The translations under genes were made by a program, and so were the position numbers. Of a DNA stretch of 64,000 bases, positions 1 through 11,900 are shown piece by piece. Every line of letters starts with the position of its first letter. The stretch's first letter is position 1. This DNA comes from Zygnema circumcarinatum SAG 698-1b (Eukaryota > Plantae > Zygnematophyceae), in the NCBI GenBank assembly GCA_037447605.1, contig CM074821.1, positions 1,302,001-1,366,000 on the forward strand, given 5' to 3'. The notes under the pieces were generated by a model. The model ran no database searches and was not told where the DNA came from. It was given only the letters and a program-made list of their open reading frames with translations.

Positions 1-2208
1 GTGGTGAACGATATCGGGCAATATCTCGATTATTGGCGTCTACGGAGGTGGGGTTGATCTCTGTGAGGGAGAAATAGGAAGGGAGAGAGACTGGAGGGGG
101 GAAGCGCAAGGGGGGGGGAGAGATTCAGAGAGAGCGGATGAGAGAGAAAGAGAGAGAGGTAAGGAGTTAAAGAACTTGGGGGGTGGAGTATGGAAAAGGG
201 AAAAGGCGTGAGATAGGAGAGAGGGGGAGAGCAAGGGGGGGAGATATATTTAAGGATAGTCAGTGAGTGAGAGAGAGAGTGAGACGGAGATATGGAGTTA
301 GAGGAGAGAGAAGAGAGAGAGAGAACTTCCACTCACATTCTGTGCGTTATTCGTGGCGATTTGCAGGGAATTTCCCACCATTGACATGTCTACTTTCATG
401 ACTGGGTGGGCGGCATGGAACCGCTCGAATCCCGACCACCCCATCACATTTTTCGATGCTCCGATTGAAAGAAGACTGCCGCTTGATGAGATGCGAAGGA
501 GTGATGCAACAATTATTCGCAGGGTCCACTTAAACGAGAGCGAGGGACCGGACTTACTTCAAGTTTGTGAAGAGAACAAGGTTCGCTTTCTCGTAATACT
601 TTTGTTATGACTTAGTATCTGTCTCATGAAGTCTACTTGTTATTATTACCGTTCAAAGTATTCGGCTCGTTTCATCCTTTCAGGACTGGTACTTACTTCG
701 TCCTCTCTAGTAGTGCAAAATTATTTGAATAATGTTTTTGCATTGTTTTTGATGATACGGATCAGGAAATTGAAAGGCCGGTAGATGCTGTCAGATATGC
801 CCCTCTCCTGGTGAAGGTGGCGGAAAAAATCCGCGGCTTGTTGCCGCAACACTTTGTGTCGGTGAGGGTGGAGANNNNNNNNNNGGGAGAGGGAGAGGGA
901 GAGGGAGAGGGAGAGGGAGAGGGAGATCTCCTCTCACTTGTCTGCATTTCCCCCCTCCATCTCATTTTCCTTATTTCCTAACACTCTGCTGATGGTTTTC
1001 ATTCTTGTTGGCTTTTCTTTTGGGTTTTATTTGTTTTCCATTTTAACCTCCTGAGCAAGGATTCGACATATTCAAGTGAATCCATTGCTTGCTGCTTTAT
1101 CCTCCCACAGTTACTTGTGCTCTCGTGATTGTCTCCTCACACTCTCTACTCCTCCCATTTGTGCACGTTCCTTTCCACACTCTCCACTTTCACGGATTGG
1201 AAATTGGAAGGATAAAAAATAAGGTAAAGCAAGAGAGAGAGAGAGAGGTAGAGGGTGAGGGAGAGAGGGTGAGGGAGAGAAGAGTGGAAGTGAGAAAGAG
1301 AGAAAAGAGAGAGAGTGAGAGAGAGTAGTAGTTCATGCATATAGACGATCTCCAGCGGAGAAGCCGTACACCCCACTGCCTTCTATTCCTCGTCAGCTCC
1401 TTCCAATTCTCTCCCCTCCTCTCCCTCTTTCTCTCTCGCTCTCCATGCGTCTCTCCCTTCTCTCCTTCCATATAACATCTTTGCCTGCAGCAAGTAGCAA
1501 TTAGAAGCACGCTTTGACATGTTTCAGTTTGCTGGCAGCCCTTTGACGAAAAAAAAATAGGAATAGTGGGGTAAATCACAACGCTGGAGAGAGAGAGAGA
1601 GAGAGAGTAGGAGAGAGAAAGGGAAGCGGGAATTACTTATGAGTTAAGCTTAGCATCTCTAACAATATCGTGGTTATTCTGTCCTGTCATTGATTTTTGT
1701 TGTGCTATCTTGCAGCATATCGCATGTACTGGCCCAAAAAGGAGTTGCTCCTAAAGCGACAGTGTGGATAATTACAGACGAGAACGACCCCGACTTCTTT
1801 TTTAAGCTGAAGGGACTCTATGCATGCAAGTTTCTGGACGACTTTTCGAAGCTGTGGGAGTCGCACAGTCAGTGGTGGATCGACATGAGGGAGATATGCG
1901 GAGAGGGCTGCAGGCCCGCCATGGATGGCTTCATGCGGGTCAGCTTGCTTGACTTCATTGCTCTATTCTCTCTATCGGTTAAGCTTTTAAAACACCCTTT
2001 TCGTAGTTGCTAATTCTATCATTCCTTGTTGCGAGACAGAGATTATGTCCTTTGATTTGTCTTTTGATTCAAATGAACGCGAACATGAACGATCTCTTGC
2101 CTTGTGGTGCAGAGCATAGTGAATGAAATCGTTGAATGGTACGCGGCCCTCAAGATTGAGACCTTCAACGATTTGACTTCGGACCCGAAGGAGGGCTTCC
2201 AGCCATAG
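1..2208 (+). CDS. SUB1-like (SHORT UNDER BLUE LIGHT 1 family) / O-fucosyltransferase-like protein, 5'-partial, spliced
   Basis: Exons about 1-48 (VVNDIGQYLDYWRLR), 365-580 (EFPTIDMSTFMTGWAAW...VCEENK), 766-~860/874 (EIERPVDAVRYAPLLVKVAEKIRGLLPQHFVS), 1715-1938 (ISHVLAQKGVAPKATVWIITDENDPDFFFKLKGLYACKFLDDFSKLWESHSQWW...DGFMR) and 2113-2208 (SIVNEIVEWYAALKIETFNDLTSDPKEGFQP*), with GT-AG boundaries. The C-terminal IETFNDLT.D.K.G motif and 'lyIaTnE.d..FF..LK..Y...FLDdf..LW' are recalled hallmarks of the Arabidopsis SUB1/At2g04280/At4g12700 family. One expected exon is not found and may lie in the N gap at 875-884. Confidence 0.8.
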
Positions 2209-2744
2209 GGGAACCGTCTCCCGTAGCGGTCCGACTTCAAACCCTGCCAAAAGCAACATTTTAGAAGTCAATTTCCAACCCTCCTCTGTACATACATTCA
2301 TTCACAACCCTGCTCGGAAAATTAGGGCTGGACCGCTCCAACGGGAAGGCTTTTTCCAGTAATCCAAAATGTGAGCACTTCAAGTCAATAGAGATAGAGA
2401 TGGACTCTTACATACACACGGTACGTAGGCTGTCTGAAATTTTGTTTCGGAATCTGTAACATTCCTCACAATGCTTTGTTCGTACTCGCATCTGTTTTAG
2501 GGTTCAAGCGATTTCAGTTTCAGTGCTCGAGAGTAGACAGTAGCGTAGCTGACAGCAATAGGATAGAAATCGATATCCCATTTAAAAAAAAAACAACAGG
2601 CTGCGGATCAAGATCCTCGTGCGTTGCCTTTTTATAGAAATGTCTTCGAACCTTAATTATGTGAAGTGAACTGAAACGGAAAGTGATCGAACACATAAGC
2701 TGTTTAATATTGTGTTGTGTTCAGTTGCGCGAGGTGCGATTTAA

Positions 2745-3205
2745 CCAATTAGAATGCACCACGTGGCCACTTTAAACACGCTGCGACACATACCCTATTT
2801 ACAACAATACGTCCCGTAAAACATTCAATTCGAGCGCTGTCGTACATAGAAAACGACACGTGGCAATGACAGAATGGGAACACGATATACCCCATTTTCT
2901 GCGCATTCGATCCAACGAAACGCACAACCAATCAGGACGCGCGACGTGGCAACGTCAGACTCGCGGCAACTATACCCCATTTTCATTAAATCCATCTTTG
3001 ACAACCTAACCGAATCCGTACGCCACATAAAACATCAAAATCGAACGCTGTCGTACGTAGAATACGACCCGTGGCAATGACAGAATGGGAACGCGATATA
3101 CCCCATTTTCTGCGCATTCGATCCAACGATACGCACAACCAATCAGCACGCGCGACGTGGCAACGTCAGACTCGCGGCAACTATACCCCATTTCCATTAA
3201 ATTAA
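2745..3205. repeat. Repeat module copy A, left part: head plus two ~210-bp monomers
   Basis: Head aatgcaccacgtggccactttaaaca. Monomers start near 2855 and 3067 (cacgtggcaatgacagaatggg...ccaatcaggacgcgcgacgtggcaacgtcagactcgcggcaactatacccc). The tail resumes after the foldback insertion at 4174-~4250. Confidence 0.85.
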
Positions 3206-4173
3206 GGAAAATTCTACTCTCACACCTTTTTTGTCTACACACAGACCTTTTTTCGTCGGGCAGGTTCTATTTTAGAAAAAAAAAGGATTAACAACGAAAA
3301 ATGCTTTTTCATTCCTTTCTGGAATCGATACAAACCTTTTTCCGTCGGGCAGATTTTACCCCTGATTTTGTTTTTGGAGAGGAAAAAATCGGCTTGCCCA
3401 AATCCGTTGGGAGCGGAAGATCCGTTCGCCACGAGATCGTTCACGGGTGTGCGTTCTTCACACGTGCGGTGAATCTCCGCCGTCAACTAACTCGCAGATC
3501 GCACCACACCAGATCATCGTTCGATCTGCAGTTGGGCTCGGTCCCAGCGAATGGCACGGGCCCACGTGTCCCGCCAAATCCGGCTCAAAGTGTGTCCATA
3601 CAAAAACTGTACGGTCGCAGTTTCGAGGAAAGGCGAAATACCGTACATTGAATGCCTGGACCAATTATAATTTGCCACGTGATTAAGGGTACACGTGGCA
3701 GATGGTGATTGGCTGTTAGTTGGCGAGCCGCCGCAGGCTGGCCAGTCAAGCTCATATTTTGTGACGATCTCGGGCCGAGGGACGCGCGCTCTAGCACGTG
3801 CCAGCCGGCTTTGGTGGGGCACGTGGGCACGTGCCATTCGCTGGGACAGAGCCCAACTGCAGATCGAACGGTGATCTGCCGTGTTGCGATCTGCGAGTTA
3901 GTCGACGGGGGAGATTCAATGCACGTGTGAAGGACGCACACCCGCGAACGATTCTCGTGGCGGACGGATCTTCCGCTTCAGCGGATTCGGGCAAGCCGAT
4001 ATTTTTTTTCACTCCAAAAAAAAAAATCAGGGGTAAAATCTGCCCGACGGAAAAGGGAGTGTGTATAGACAAAAAAGGTGTTAAAAAAGCATTTTTCGAT
4101 TTTCTAAAATAGAACCTGCCCGGCGAAAAAAGGTCTGTGTGTAGACAAAAAAGGTGTGAGAATAGAATTTTCC
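3206..4173. mobile_element. Non-autonomous foldback / long-TIR DNA transposon (Mutator-like or hAT-like), 968 bp
   Basis: Termini GGAAAATTCTA...TAGAATTTTCC. Imperfect inverted repeats of about 380 bp (3206-~3586 vs ~3804-4173). Flanked by an 8-bp direct duplication TAAATTAA (3198-3205 and 4174-4181). The uninterrupted site cat-TAAATTAA-tctttgac occurs at 8495-8502. No transposase ORF. Confidence 0.85.
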
Positions 4174-4989
4174 TAAATTAATCTTTGACAACATAATCGA
4201 ACCCGTCGTACGGATCAAAACGATGACTAAGCTTTTGCCTACGGCAACGCAAAAAAGGGAGGTTCGTTTGTACCGTGATGAAGTGACAGAAATTCCACGT
4301 AGCTTGGCACAGCAGAAACCAACGACGTCCAAGCCGAATTGAACGCAAATTATCAACGAACAAAACTATTTATTAAGTCACATCAAATAAGGCTGTCGTA
4401 ACAATGGATTCGGCAACGGCTACCGTTTGTCAAACTACAAATAGAGCTGTTACGTATCTGTCAAACACGACACGGTACGTTAGAGCGGTTTTTAATTTAA
4501 CCAACACGATGACCGTTTCGGGCGTTGTCAACCGAACCATTCCAAATCTTGCGTGTCCATAGTTTGACAACACAAGCTGTTACGGTTTACCAACACATAC
4601 CGGTACAAACATCCCGTTTCAAGCATTGTCAACCGACAATCACAATCCTGCGATTACAAAAATCGTACAAAAATGGACCCACATCCTCGTCCACAACGAT
4701 TGTCCAAATACAGCTGTTTCGTGCCAGTACGGTGACGGCGACGGTTGACCTACCGATTGCCCTCCCGTTGTAGATCCTTTGACCGTCAGGTCTCTTTCGC
4801 CATTTTCCGGCTGCCGTTTGTACAGCCGTTCGTTCAGATTCGCGGACCCACGCATGAGTGGTCCACATGGCACCACTTGATTCGTAGCCGACATTCGGAG
4901 GCGACTCCACTGACGCTTCTTTTCGCCGCTTCGTTCGTCGCGCGGGCGCGAACAAAAATTGACGGAAAAGGAAAGTTACGAAAGTCAAC

Positions 4990-5350
4990 AGGCCAACCGG
5001 TCGGCCGCGCGTCGCATCTGCGCGTCGTATGCGCGTGTCGCATGAACGACGTCGCCGGCGTCGCACGCGCGCGTCGCGCGGGCGCGACACGGCTAGTCCA
5101 CCCGCCGAACGCGGTGAACCCGCTAGATACCTCTAGCGCTGACACACGACGGTGATCCGGCCACGTGGCGAACCGCCACGGGCTAGCAAGAGCCACGCGG
5201 CGTCTCGCCACTGGCCAGCCCTGCTTCACGGTTATTGTTCCGCCTTTTGGCGGCGCCGCGCGCGCGGGTCGGCCGCGCGTCGCATCTGCGCGTCGTATGC
5301 GCGTGTCGCATAAACGACGTCGCCGGTGTCGCACGCGCGCGTCGCGAATT
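4990..5350. repeat. CpG/CGCG-rich ~85-bp direct repeat (2 copies)
   Basis: ggtcggccgcgcgtcgcatctgcgcgtcgtatgcgcgtgtcgcat.aacgacgtcgccgg.gtcgcacgcgcgcgtcgcg at ~4998-5080 and ~5267-5346. A second direct repeat (ttgtcaaccgaca.tca..atcc.gcgattac.aaaa.cgta) lies at ~4627 and ~5468. Confidence 0.75.
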
Positions 5351-6291
5351 TTGCACCGTCCGATCAGCCTCTATTGATTAATGATGACGTCAGCCATCCC
5401 TCGCTGCCAGACACCGCGTAGTCGTGACGCCGCGTGGAGCCGCGCGCCACGCGTGCCGTTTCGGGCATTGTCAACCGACAGTCAATCCCGCGATTACGAA
5501 AAACGTAAAAAAAGGAGAGCCGAAATAGAGCCAAATAAAGCCGTTTCGTGCCTGTACGGGGACGTCGACGACGTTTCGATGACGAAACGTTTACGGAACA
5601 ACCGCAATATCATCTTCCCCTATTCTTCACGTCCTCCCGACTTCCATTTTCTTACACTCGCCTGTCTAGCTGAAGAGTTGCTGGTGGTGCTTGCTGCCGT
5701 TTTGTTCCGAAATCTACCGTAACCAACACTTATGTCGCAGCAGGAACATGGAGTGTGGTGAAAGGATGAGGAGGGCCCTTTGGATGGCGCCCACTTGGAA
5801 GGGAGGAGGCCTTTGAAGGGGGAGGGGGCAGCGCCATGGAACGGGAGAGGGGAGCGGCAACGGAGGAGGAGGGGGAGGGGGAGGAGGAGGAAGAGGGACG
5901 AGTGACGGGTGCTGAGGTTTTCTTTGCGTCCACGTCCTCGGAGAGGTGAGGTTGAGGGCGAAGGGGAGGTTTTTGCGTTGAATTTGGTGTTGAAGGAGGG
6001 AGGGGGTTGGCATGTGTGAGTGAGGGAAGGCAGTGTAACCAACACTTATGTCGCTGCGAATTCTCTGCCTTTCTGCTGCTGCAGCTCTTGCTGCATTTCT
6101 TCCTACCAGAGAAATGCGAAAAACCGAAAAATAATGATTGGTGGAGGAGGAGGAGGAAGGAGGAAGGAGGGAGAAGGAACATGGAGTGTGGTGAAAGGGA
6201 GAATGGTGGAAGAGTGAAGGAAGAAAAAGGAGAGGGTGTTGAGGAAGGAGGAGGAGGAAGGAGGGTGTTGAGGGAGGCTACTAACTAACAA

Positions 6292-6480
6292 GTCAGTCAG
6301 TCAGTCTGTCAGTCTGTCGGCCAGTCTGTGAGTCCGTCTGTCAGTCTGTCAATTAGAAGTCAGTCAGTGTTTGTCAGTCAGTCGGCCAGTCAGTCAGTCA
6401 GTTAGGTTGTCCGTCCATAGTCAGTCAGTCAGTCGGCCAGTCAGTCAGTCAGTTAGGTTGTCCGTCCATAGTCAGTCAGT
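6292..6480. repeat. Degenerate (CAGT)n microsatellite
   Basis: Visible agtcagtcagtc runs with an internal duplication. Confidence 0.85.
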
Positions 6481-6705
6481 CCTCTGGACTTAAAAGAATA
6501 CAGTCCTCTGGACTTAAAAGAATACAGTCCTCTGGACTTAAAAGATACAGTCCTCTGGACTTAAAAGATACAGTCCTCTGGACTTAAAAGATACAGTCCT
6601 CTGGACTTAAAAGATACAGTCCTCTGGACTTAAAAGATACAGTCCTCTGGACTTAAAAGATACAGTCCTCTGGACTTTAAAGATACAGTCCTTTGGACTT
6701 AAAAG
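6477..6705. repeat. 23-24-bp minisatellite, about 10 copies
   Basis: Unit CAGTCCTCTGGACTTAAAAGATA tandemly repeated with no spacers (period 23, e.g. 6548 to 6571). Confidence 0.95.
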
Positions 6706-6827
6706 AGAAATCGCTGGACATTTTGAAATCCTGGACATGTGAAAATTTGGACATTTGGAAGTTTTCGAAATAACCAAAAAAAAAATAAAAATAAACATGA
6801 TAAAAATGACATCATGATGTACATAAC

Positions 6828-7106
6828 GTTCGTACTTACGCTTCACTTATGTGTTGTATAGCAAATAACCATGGACAGATTTCGGAAGGACCCGGTCCTG
6901 GAGATGGCGATGTTCGAAAAAATCGAAAAAATTTCGGAAACATAAGATCGTGATGAAAAAAGGTTCGTACTTACGCTCACACTCATGTATTGTATAGCAA
7001 ATAACCATGGACAGATTTCGGAAGGACCCGGTCCTGGAGATGACGATGTTCGAAAAAATCGAAAAAATTTCGGAAACATAAGATCGTGATGAAAAAAGGT
7101 TCGTAC

Positions 7107-7107
<1 letters not shown>
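6828..7107. repeat. ~135-bp tandem duplication (2 copies plus the start of a third)
   Basis: gttcgtacttacgct...gcaaataaccatggacagatttcggaaggacccggtcctggagatg...cataagatcgtgatgaaaaaag, starting at ~6828, ~6963 and ~7099. Confidence 0.9.
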
Positions 7108-7163
<56 letters not shown>

Positions 7164-7325
7164 AGTGTGTGTGTGTGTGTGGGTGTGTGTGTGTGTGAGA
7201 GTGTGTGTGTGTGTGTGTGTGTGAGTGTTTGTGATTGTGTATTTTCGTGTGTGACTTTCACAACACAACAAACACAAACAACAAAAACAAACAACAAAAA
7301 CACAACAACAAAAACAACAACAACA

Positions 7326-7356
<31 letters not shown>

Positions 7357-7401
7357 TTTCACAAAACAAAAAAAAAAAAAAAAACAAAAAAAAAAAAAAA
7401 A
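7108..7401. repeat. (TG)n, (CAA)n and poly(A) tracts
   Basis: (TG)n ~7108-7225, (CAA)n-like ~7260-7355 and an A-rich run ~7362-7401. Confidence 0.9.
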
Positions 7402-7659
7402 ACTCTCTCAATATTACAACATAAGGCCAAATGTTGTAATATTTAGATTGTTTTTTTTTTAAAACCACACACAAACTGCGAAAACAGAATGTGGCCACAT
7501 TCTGTCGTAGCAGTTTGTGTGTGGTTTTTTTTTGGTTTTTTTCCCATTTTAGGGCTACGTGGCCACACCTGATTGGATAATAAACATCCAAAAACACACT
7601 ACAGAACCAACGTGGCAATTTCTGACTGGATAAGAAGTATAACTAATTCCGTTCGTGCT

Positions 7660-8570
7660 AACCAATAGGAATGCACCACGTGGCCACTTTAAACAATACG
7701 TACCGTAAAACATCATAACCACAAACTGTCGTACATAGAAAACGACACGTGGCAATCACAGAATCGGTACGAGATATACCACATTTTCTACGCATTAAAT
7801 CCGACGAAACACACAACCAATCATGACGCGCGACGTGGCAACGTCAGACTCGCGGAAACTATACCCCATTTTCATTAAATTCATCATTCACAACCTAACC
7901 GAATCCGTACACCACATAAACATCAAAATCGAACGCCGTCGCACGAAGTATCGACACGTGGCAATGACAGAATGGGAACGCAATATACCCCATTTTCTGC
8001 GCATTCGATCCAACGAAACGCACAACCAATCAGGACGCGCGACGTGGCAACGTCAGACTCGCGGCAACTATACCCCATTTTCATTAAATTCATCATTCAC
8101 AACCTAACCGAATCCGTACACCACGTAAAACATCAAAATCGAACGCCGTCGCACGAAGTATCGACACGTGGCAATGACAGAAAGGGAACGCAATATACCC
8201 CATTTTCTGCGCATTCGATCCAACGAAACGCACAACCAATCAGGACGCGCGACGTGGCAACGTCAGACTCGCGGAAATTATACCCAAATTTCATTAAATT
8301 CATCGTTCACAACCTAACCGAATCCGTACGCCACATAAAACACGCCGTCGTACGTACAAAGTGACACGTGGCAATGACAGAATAAGTACGCGATCTACCC
8401 CATTTTCGGCGCATTCGATCCAACGAAAAGCACAACCAGTAAGGACGCGCAACGTGGCAAAGTCAGACTCGCGGCAACTATACCCCATTTTCATTAAATT
8501 AATCTTTGACAACATAATCGAACCCGTCGTACGGATCAAAACGACCGCAAAGCTTTTGCCTACGGCAACG
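7660..8570. repeat. Repeat module copy B: head, four ~200-210-bp monomers and tail
   Basis: Same head as at 2745. Monomers start near 7745, 7955, 8164 and 8365. The tail aatctttgacaacataatcgaacccgtcgtacggatcaaaacga...gcttttgcctacggcaacg matches 4180-4250. Confidence 0.9.
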
Positions 8571-8958
8571 GAAAAAATCTTCGTTCGATCCCCCCATTAC
8601 ACTTTCGAGTCATTTCGAAACTCTGTCCTTCCCTCTCTTCATCCCCACAAAGAACAATGCTGCCTGCTTTGAATGAAGGAATGAGATGCCCACTCCCCGC
8701 GGGTGAGGCGCTCAGTGCCGGCAGACATTTGAAAGGCCAAAACGTGTCTGGACTGTCCCACAACAGTAATCTGCGGCTGAAGGTGCTCTCCAGCTCGCTA
8801 GCGGAGGGTCCGGGACGTATTCGGAATCAGTACTTTCAGATGTCAGTTTTGCGCTCCATTTCATAATCAATTTGTACTCGTTTTGATCTCTCCGTTTTCG
8901 GCCAGCGAGGGCCTGGCAGTCAGCCCCGCCTCATTCAGTCCGAGCAGCCTTGGCCGCC

Positions 8959-11900
8959 ATGGCGCTGCGCCTACCTCCGCCCTCGCGCCACGTGGCGCTA
9001 CCGCGCCTCACCACGCGTCCCGTGCGGCGAGGCGTCATGGCGGCGCCCTGCGCGCGGATGGCGGCCGTGAGTACCCGCGCGCTAGGGTTCAAGGTTTAGG
9101 GTGGAAGGTTTTAGGGCGCTGTATACGGCGAGGGCTCAGACCTTCCGCATTCCCAGACCAGGAGGCATACAGACATCCATCCATACATACAGGGAATGAA
9201 TGTGCAAGCATGTATGCATGCATATGGCATCAATATGCAGACATCCATGCATGCATGGCATGTACATGCAAGTATGCATGCAAAGTTTGTCACTATGCAG
9301 ACATGCATGCATCCATGCATGCAGTCTCCCCATGAAGGAAGGCAATCTCACACGCTCTTTGCTCTCCTCCTCGGGCGCAGCACGCCTACGAGGCAGAGCT
9401 TGAAGCCGCCATTGACGTTGTGGAGAGGGCGTGTCGACTTTGCGCAAATGTACGGGAAAAGGAGTTACCCTGAAGCTTCACTTGTTGTGTTTGCAGTCTG
9501 CCTTTACCCTATCTTAGATGCGTGTTTTGTTTTATGCAAGTATGAGGCGTATTACAACTGCTGAAGAAGCGCGATGCCGATGTTGTTTAACTCAAGTTGA
9601 ATTTGTTACATGAAGTCATATGAATATGATTTCATGATGAGTTCAGGATATCACCACCTTCTCCTTATTTCGTTTTCTATTGGCAACAATATTGTTCTGC
9701 AGGTTCGCAAGACGATGGATAGTGGGCAAGAGCTCTTCGCGGAGAAGGGCGACATGACACCTGTCACAGTGGCAGACTATGGAGTCCAAGCGCTTGTAGC
9801 TCTCGGTGGGCGTTCTCGCCCTTCACGCAGTGTTTCCGTTTTCATCTCTAATCCGTCCGAATGTAATACCACCTGATTGCTTGCAGAGTCATTCTGAAAC
9901 ACGGAAAGGATCAAAAAATTGAAAGTTCATTTGGTTTCTAAAGTTTATATCCCGAACTGGGTTATACACTGAAGGGTTTAATACGGCGTTTTTCTTTTTA
10001 AGACTTCAATATTCGTATATTTTTTAGGATTTCACATCGATTGCTTCGCGTTAAAGCCATCTTGCCACTTCAGCTACTTGCCTTTTAAAAAATGTTCTAA
10101 CCTCAACGTGTTAGCTTTCGTCACTGTATACTCTTCATAACCTTCAAAAGTCATATCCAAAGTCCGTGTTTGGCACTGACCCTATACTTCTGAGCCACAT
10201 TCATTCGTCTGAAGTTGTTTTTTGCATTAATTGCCGATGGCGGTTGATTCACCCCTGATCTCAGTCACGAATAATGAATGATCTCATAATGAATATGAGC
10301 ATGCAACACGGAAGCAGTTGTATGAACAGTTTCATGGAAATACCTTCCAGCTTTCCAGCGTTTGGCTTGCCGTCACCCGATGTTTGCTCCTATTGGTACA
10401 GAATTGGGGGCAAAATTTCATGGAATCCCTCTGTTGGGGGAGGAGGATGCGCAGCTTCTTCATGCTGACGCAGCCTCATTGGCGGTATCCGTGGCCCGAG
10501 AGGTGGCTGACGTGGCATCCCCAGCATGGAACTCCGTTACGGAAGCTCAGATATTTGGAGCTCTCGACAGTGGAACTCAAGATGGCATAGAACAGCACGA
10601 CAGGTATTGGGTGAGTGCTATGTGTTGCCAAGCTACTCAATAGAGAAGAGGGGGGAGGGAGGGAGAGGAAGGATAGGGGGAGGGGGGGGGTCAGGGAGAA
10701 GGGGAGGAAGGGGGTGGGTGAAGACAGTATGTTGCAAAGAAAAAATTGTGTTTAGTTTCCTGCCTCCTTCAAGTTGTGCAGTGATTTTCCAGCAGGGAAA
10801 GAGGCTATGTATATTTTAGCTGACTGTTAACATGCGCATATTTTGATCTCAAGATTCTTGACCCGATTGACGGCACCCGAGGCTTCCTGCGAGGCGAAGG
10901 CGCTCAATGCGTGGTGGGAACCCTAAAAAACTTCTTTCTCTCCTCCTCTCTGTAGCTCTCGCTCTATAAGGAAACGGCTCTGCATATCTTTATTCTCCGA
11001 CCATTCTGAAAGATGGGCTCGCCTCCCGCAGGTTGGGCTCGCCCTGGTAGAGAGAGGACAGCTGGCAGTGGGAGTGATGGGCCTTCCCTTTCTCCCCATC
11101 GATGGCTATGCTCGACCCGCTCTCACTTCCGCTTCCCCCTCCCTTCACAAGGGGATGCTATTGGCTGCTGCTCGCCATGCTGGCACCTGGACACGTGGCA
11201 TCTGCTGGGAGGACGAGAGCCCCCAGGTGGCAGCGCAGGAGAGGTGGGAGAGGGCGGGAGTGAGGAGAGGACGCCACCTGGCAGAAGCACGTATCTGCAT
11301 TTCTGATCATGAAAAATGGGAGGAGCTGCCTTTGGCCCGTGCTGTAGCACGGAATGGAATCGAAAAGGGTTCAGTGCAGAACTTACTGCCTCTCTGCTGC
11401 GGAAGGTGAAAGCATGTAACTTGGAAACGACGCAAACCCTAAGAATGAAGATACATAATGGCTGTACTGAGAGCTACATAAGGAAGCACGCCTCCTACCT
11501 TTTCACGCCAAGGTTTTTCTTGTTGTATGTGGGTCTGTGCCAATGTATGCTGTGACTATGCCTAAGATGGTTTTCAGTTTGCAGTGCGAAACTGGCTGCA
11601 TGTGTGTGTGATGTTCCGTTCTGAAGCTTTGAAGGGGAGGTGTGGGAGAGGCAGCCTCTGCAAATATGCGGCGGTGGGAGTGGGAGAGGCCGAGCTCTTT
11701 GTGCAGCATCCGATTTCCGAGGCACCGCTGAAGGTGAGGGTTTTTAAGCTTTGCTTGGGTAAGTTTCAACATATAGAGGTAAGCCTTTTTTATGTTATTT
11801 ATTGTTTATCTTTTCATATTATTATGTTATTTTGTGGCATTTCAAACAGTGAAGGGCTCTTGACTTCAGAGGATCCTAAATGACTTTGAAAGACTTTGCA

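Noticed and set aside
5620-6288. Pro/Ser- or Glu/Gly-rich ORFs with short internal duplications
   Set aside because: Low complexity, no family motif and no coherent exon structure.
6477-6705. 23-bp repeat array as a CRISPR array
   Set aside because: Units are contiguous with no unique spacers, the context is eukaryotic and there are no cas genes.
2745-8570. The two repeat modules as LTRs of a retrotransposon
   Set aside because: No TG...CA ends, PBS/PPT or gag/pol-like ORF between them, and they differ in internal monomer number.
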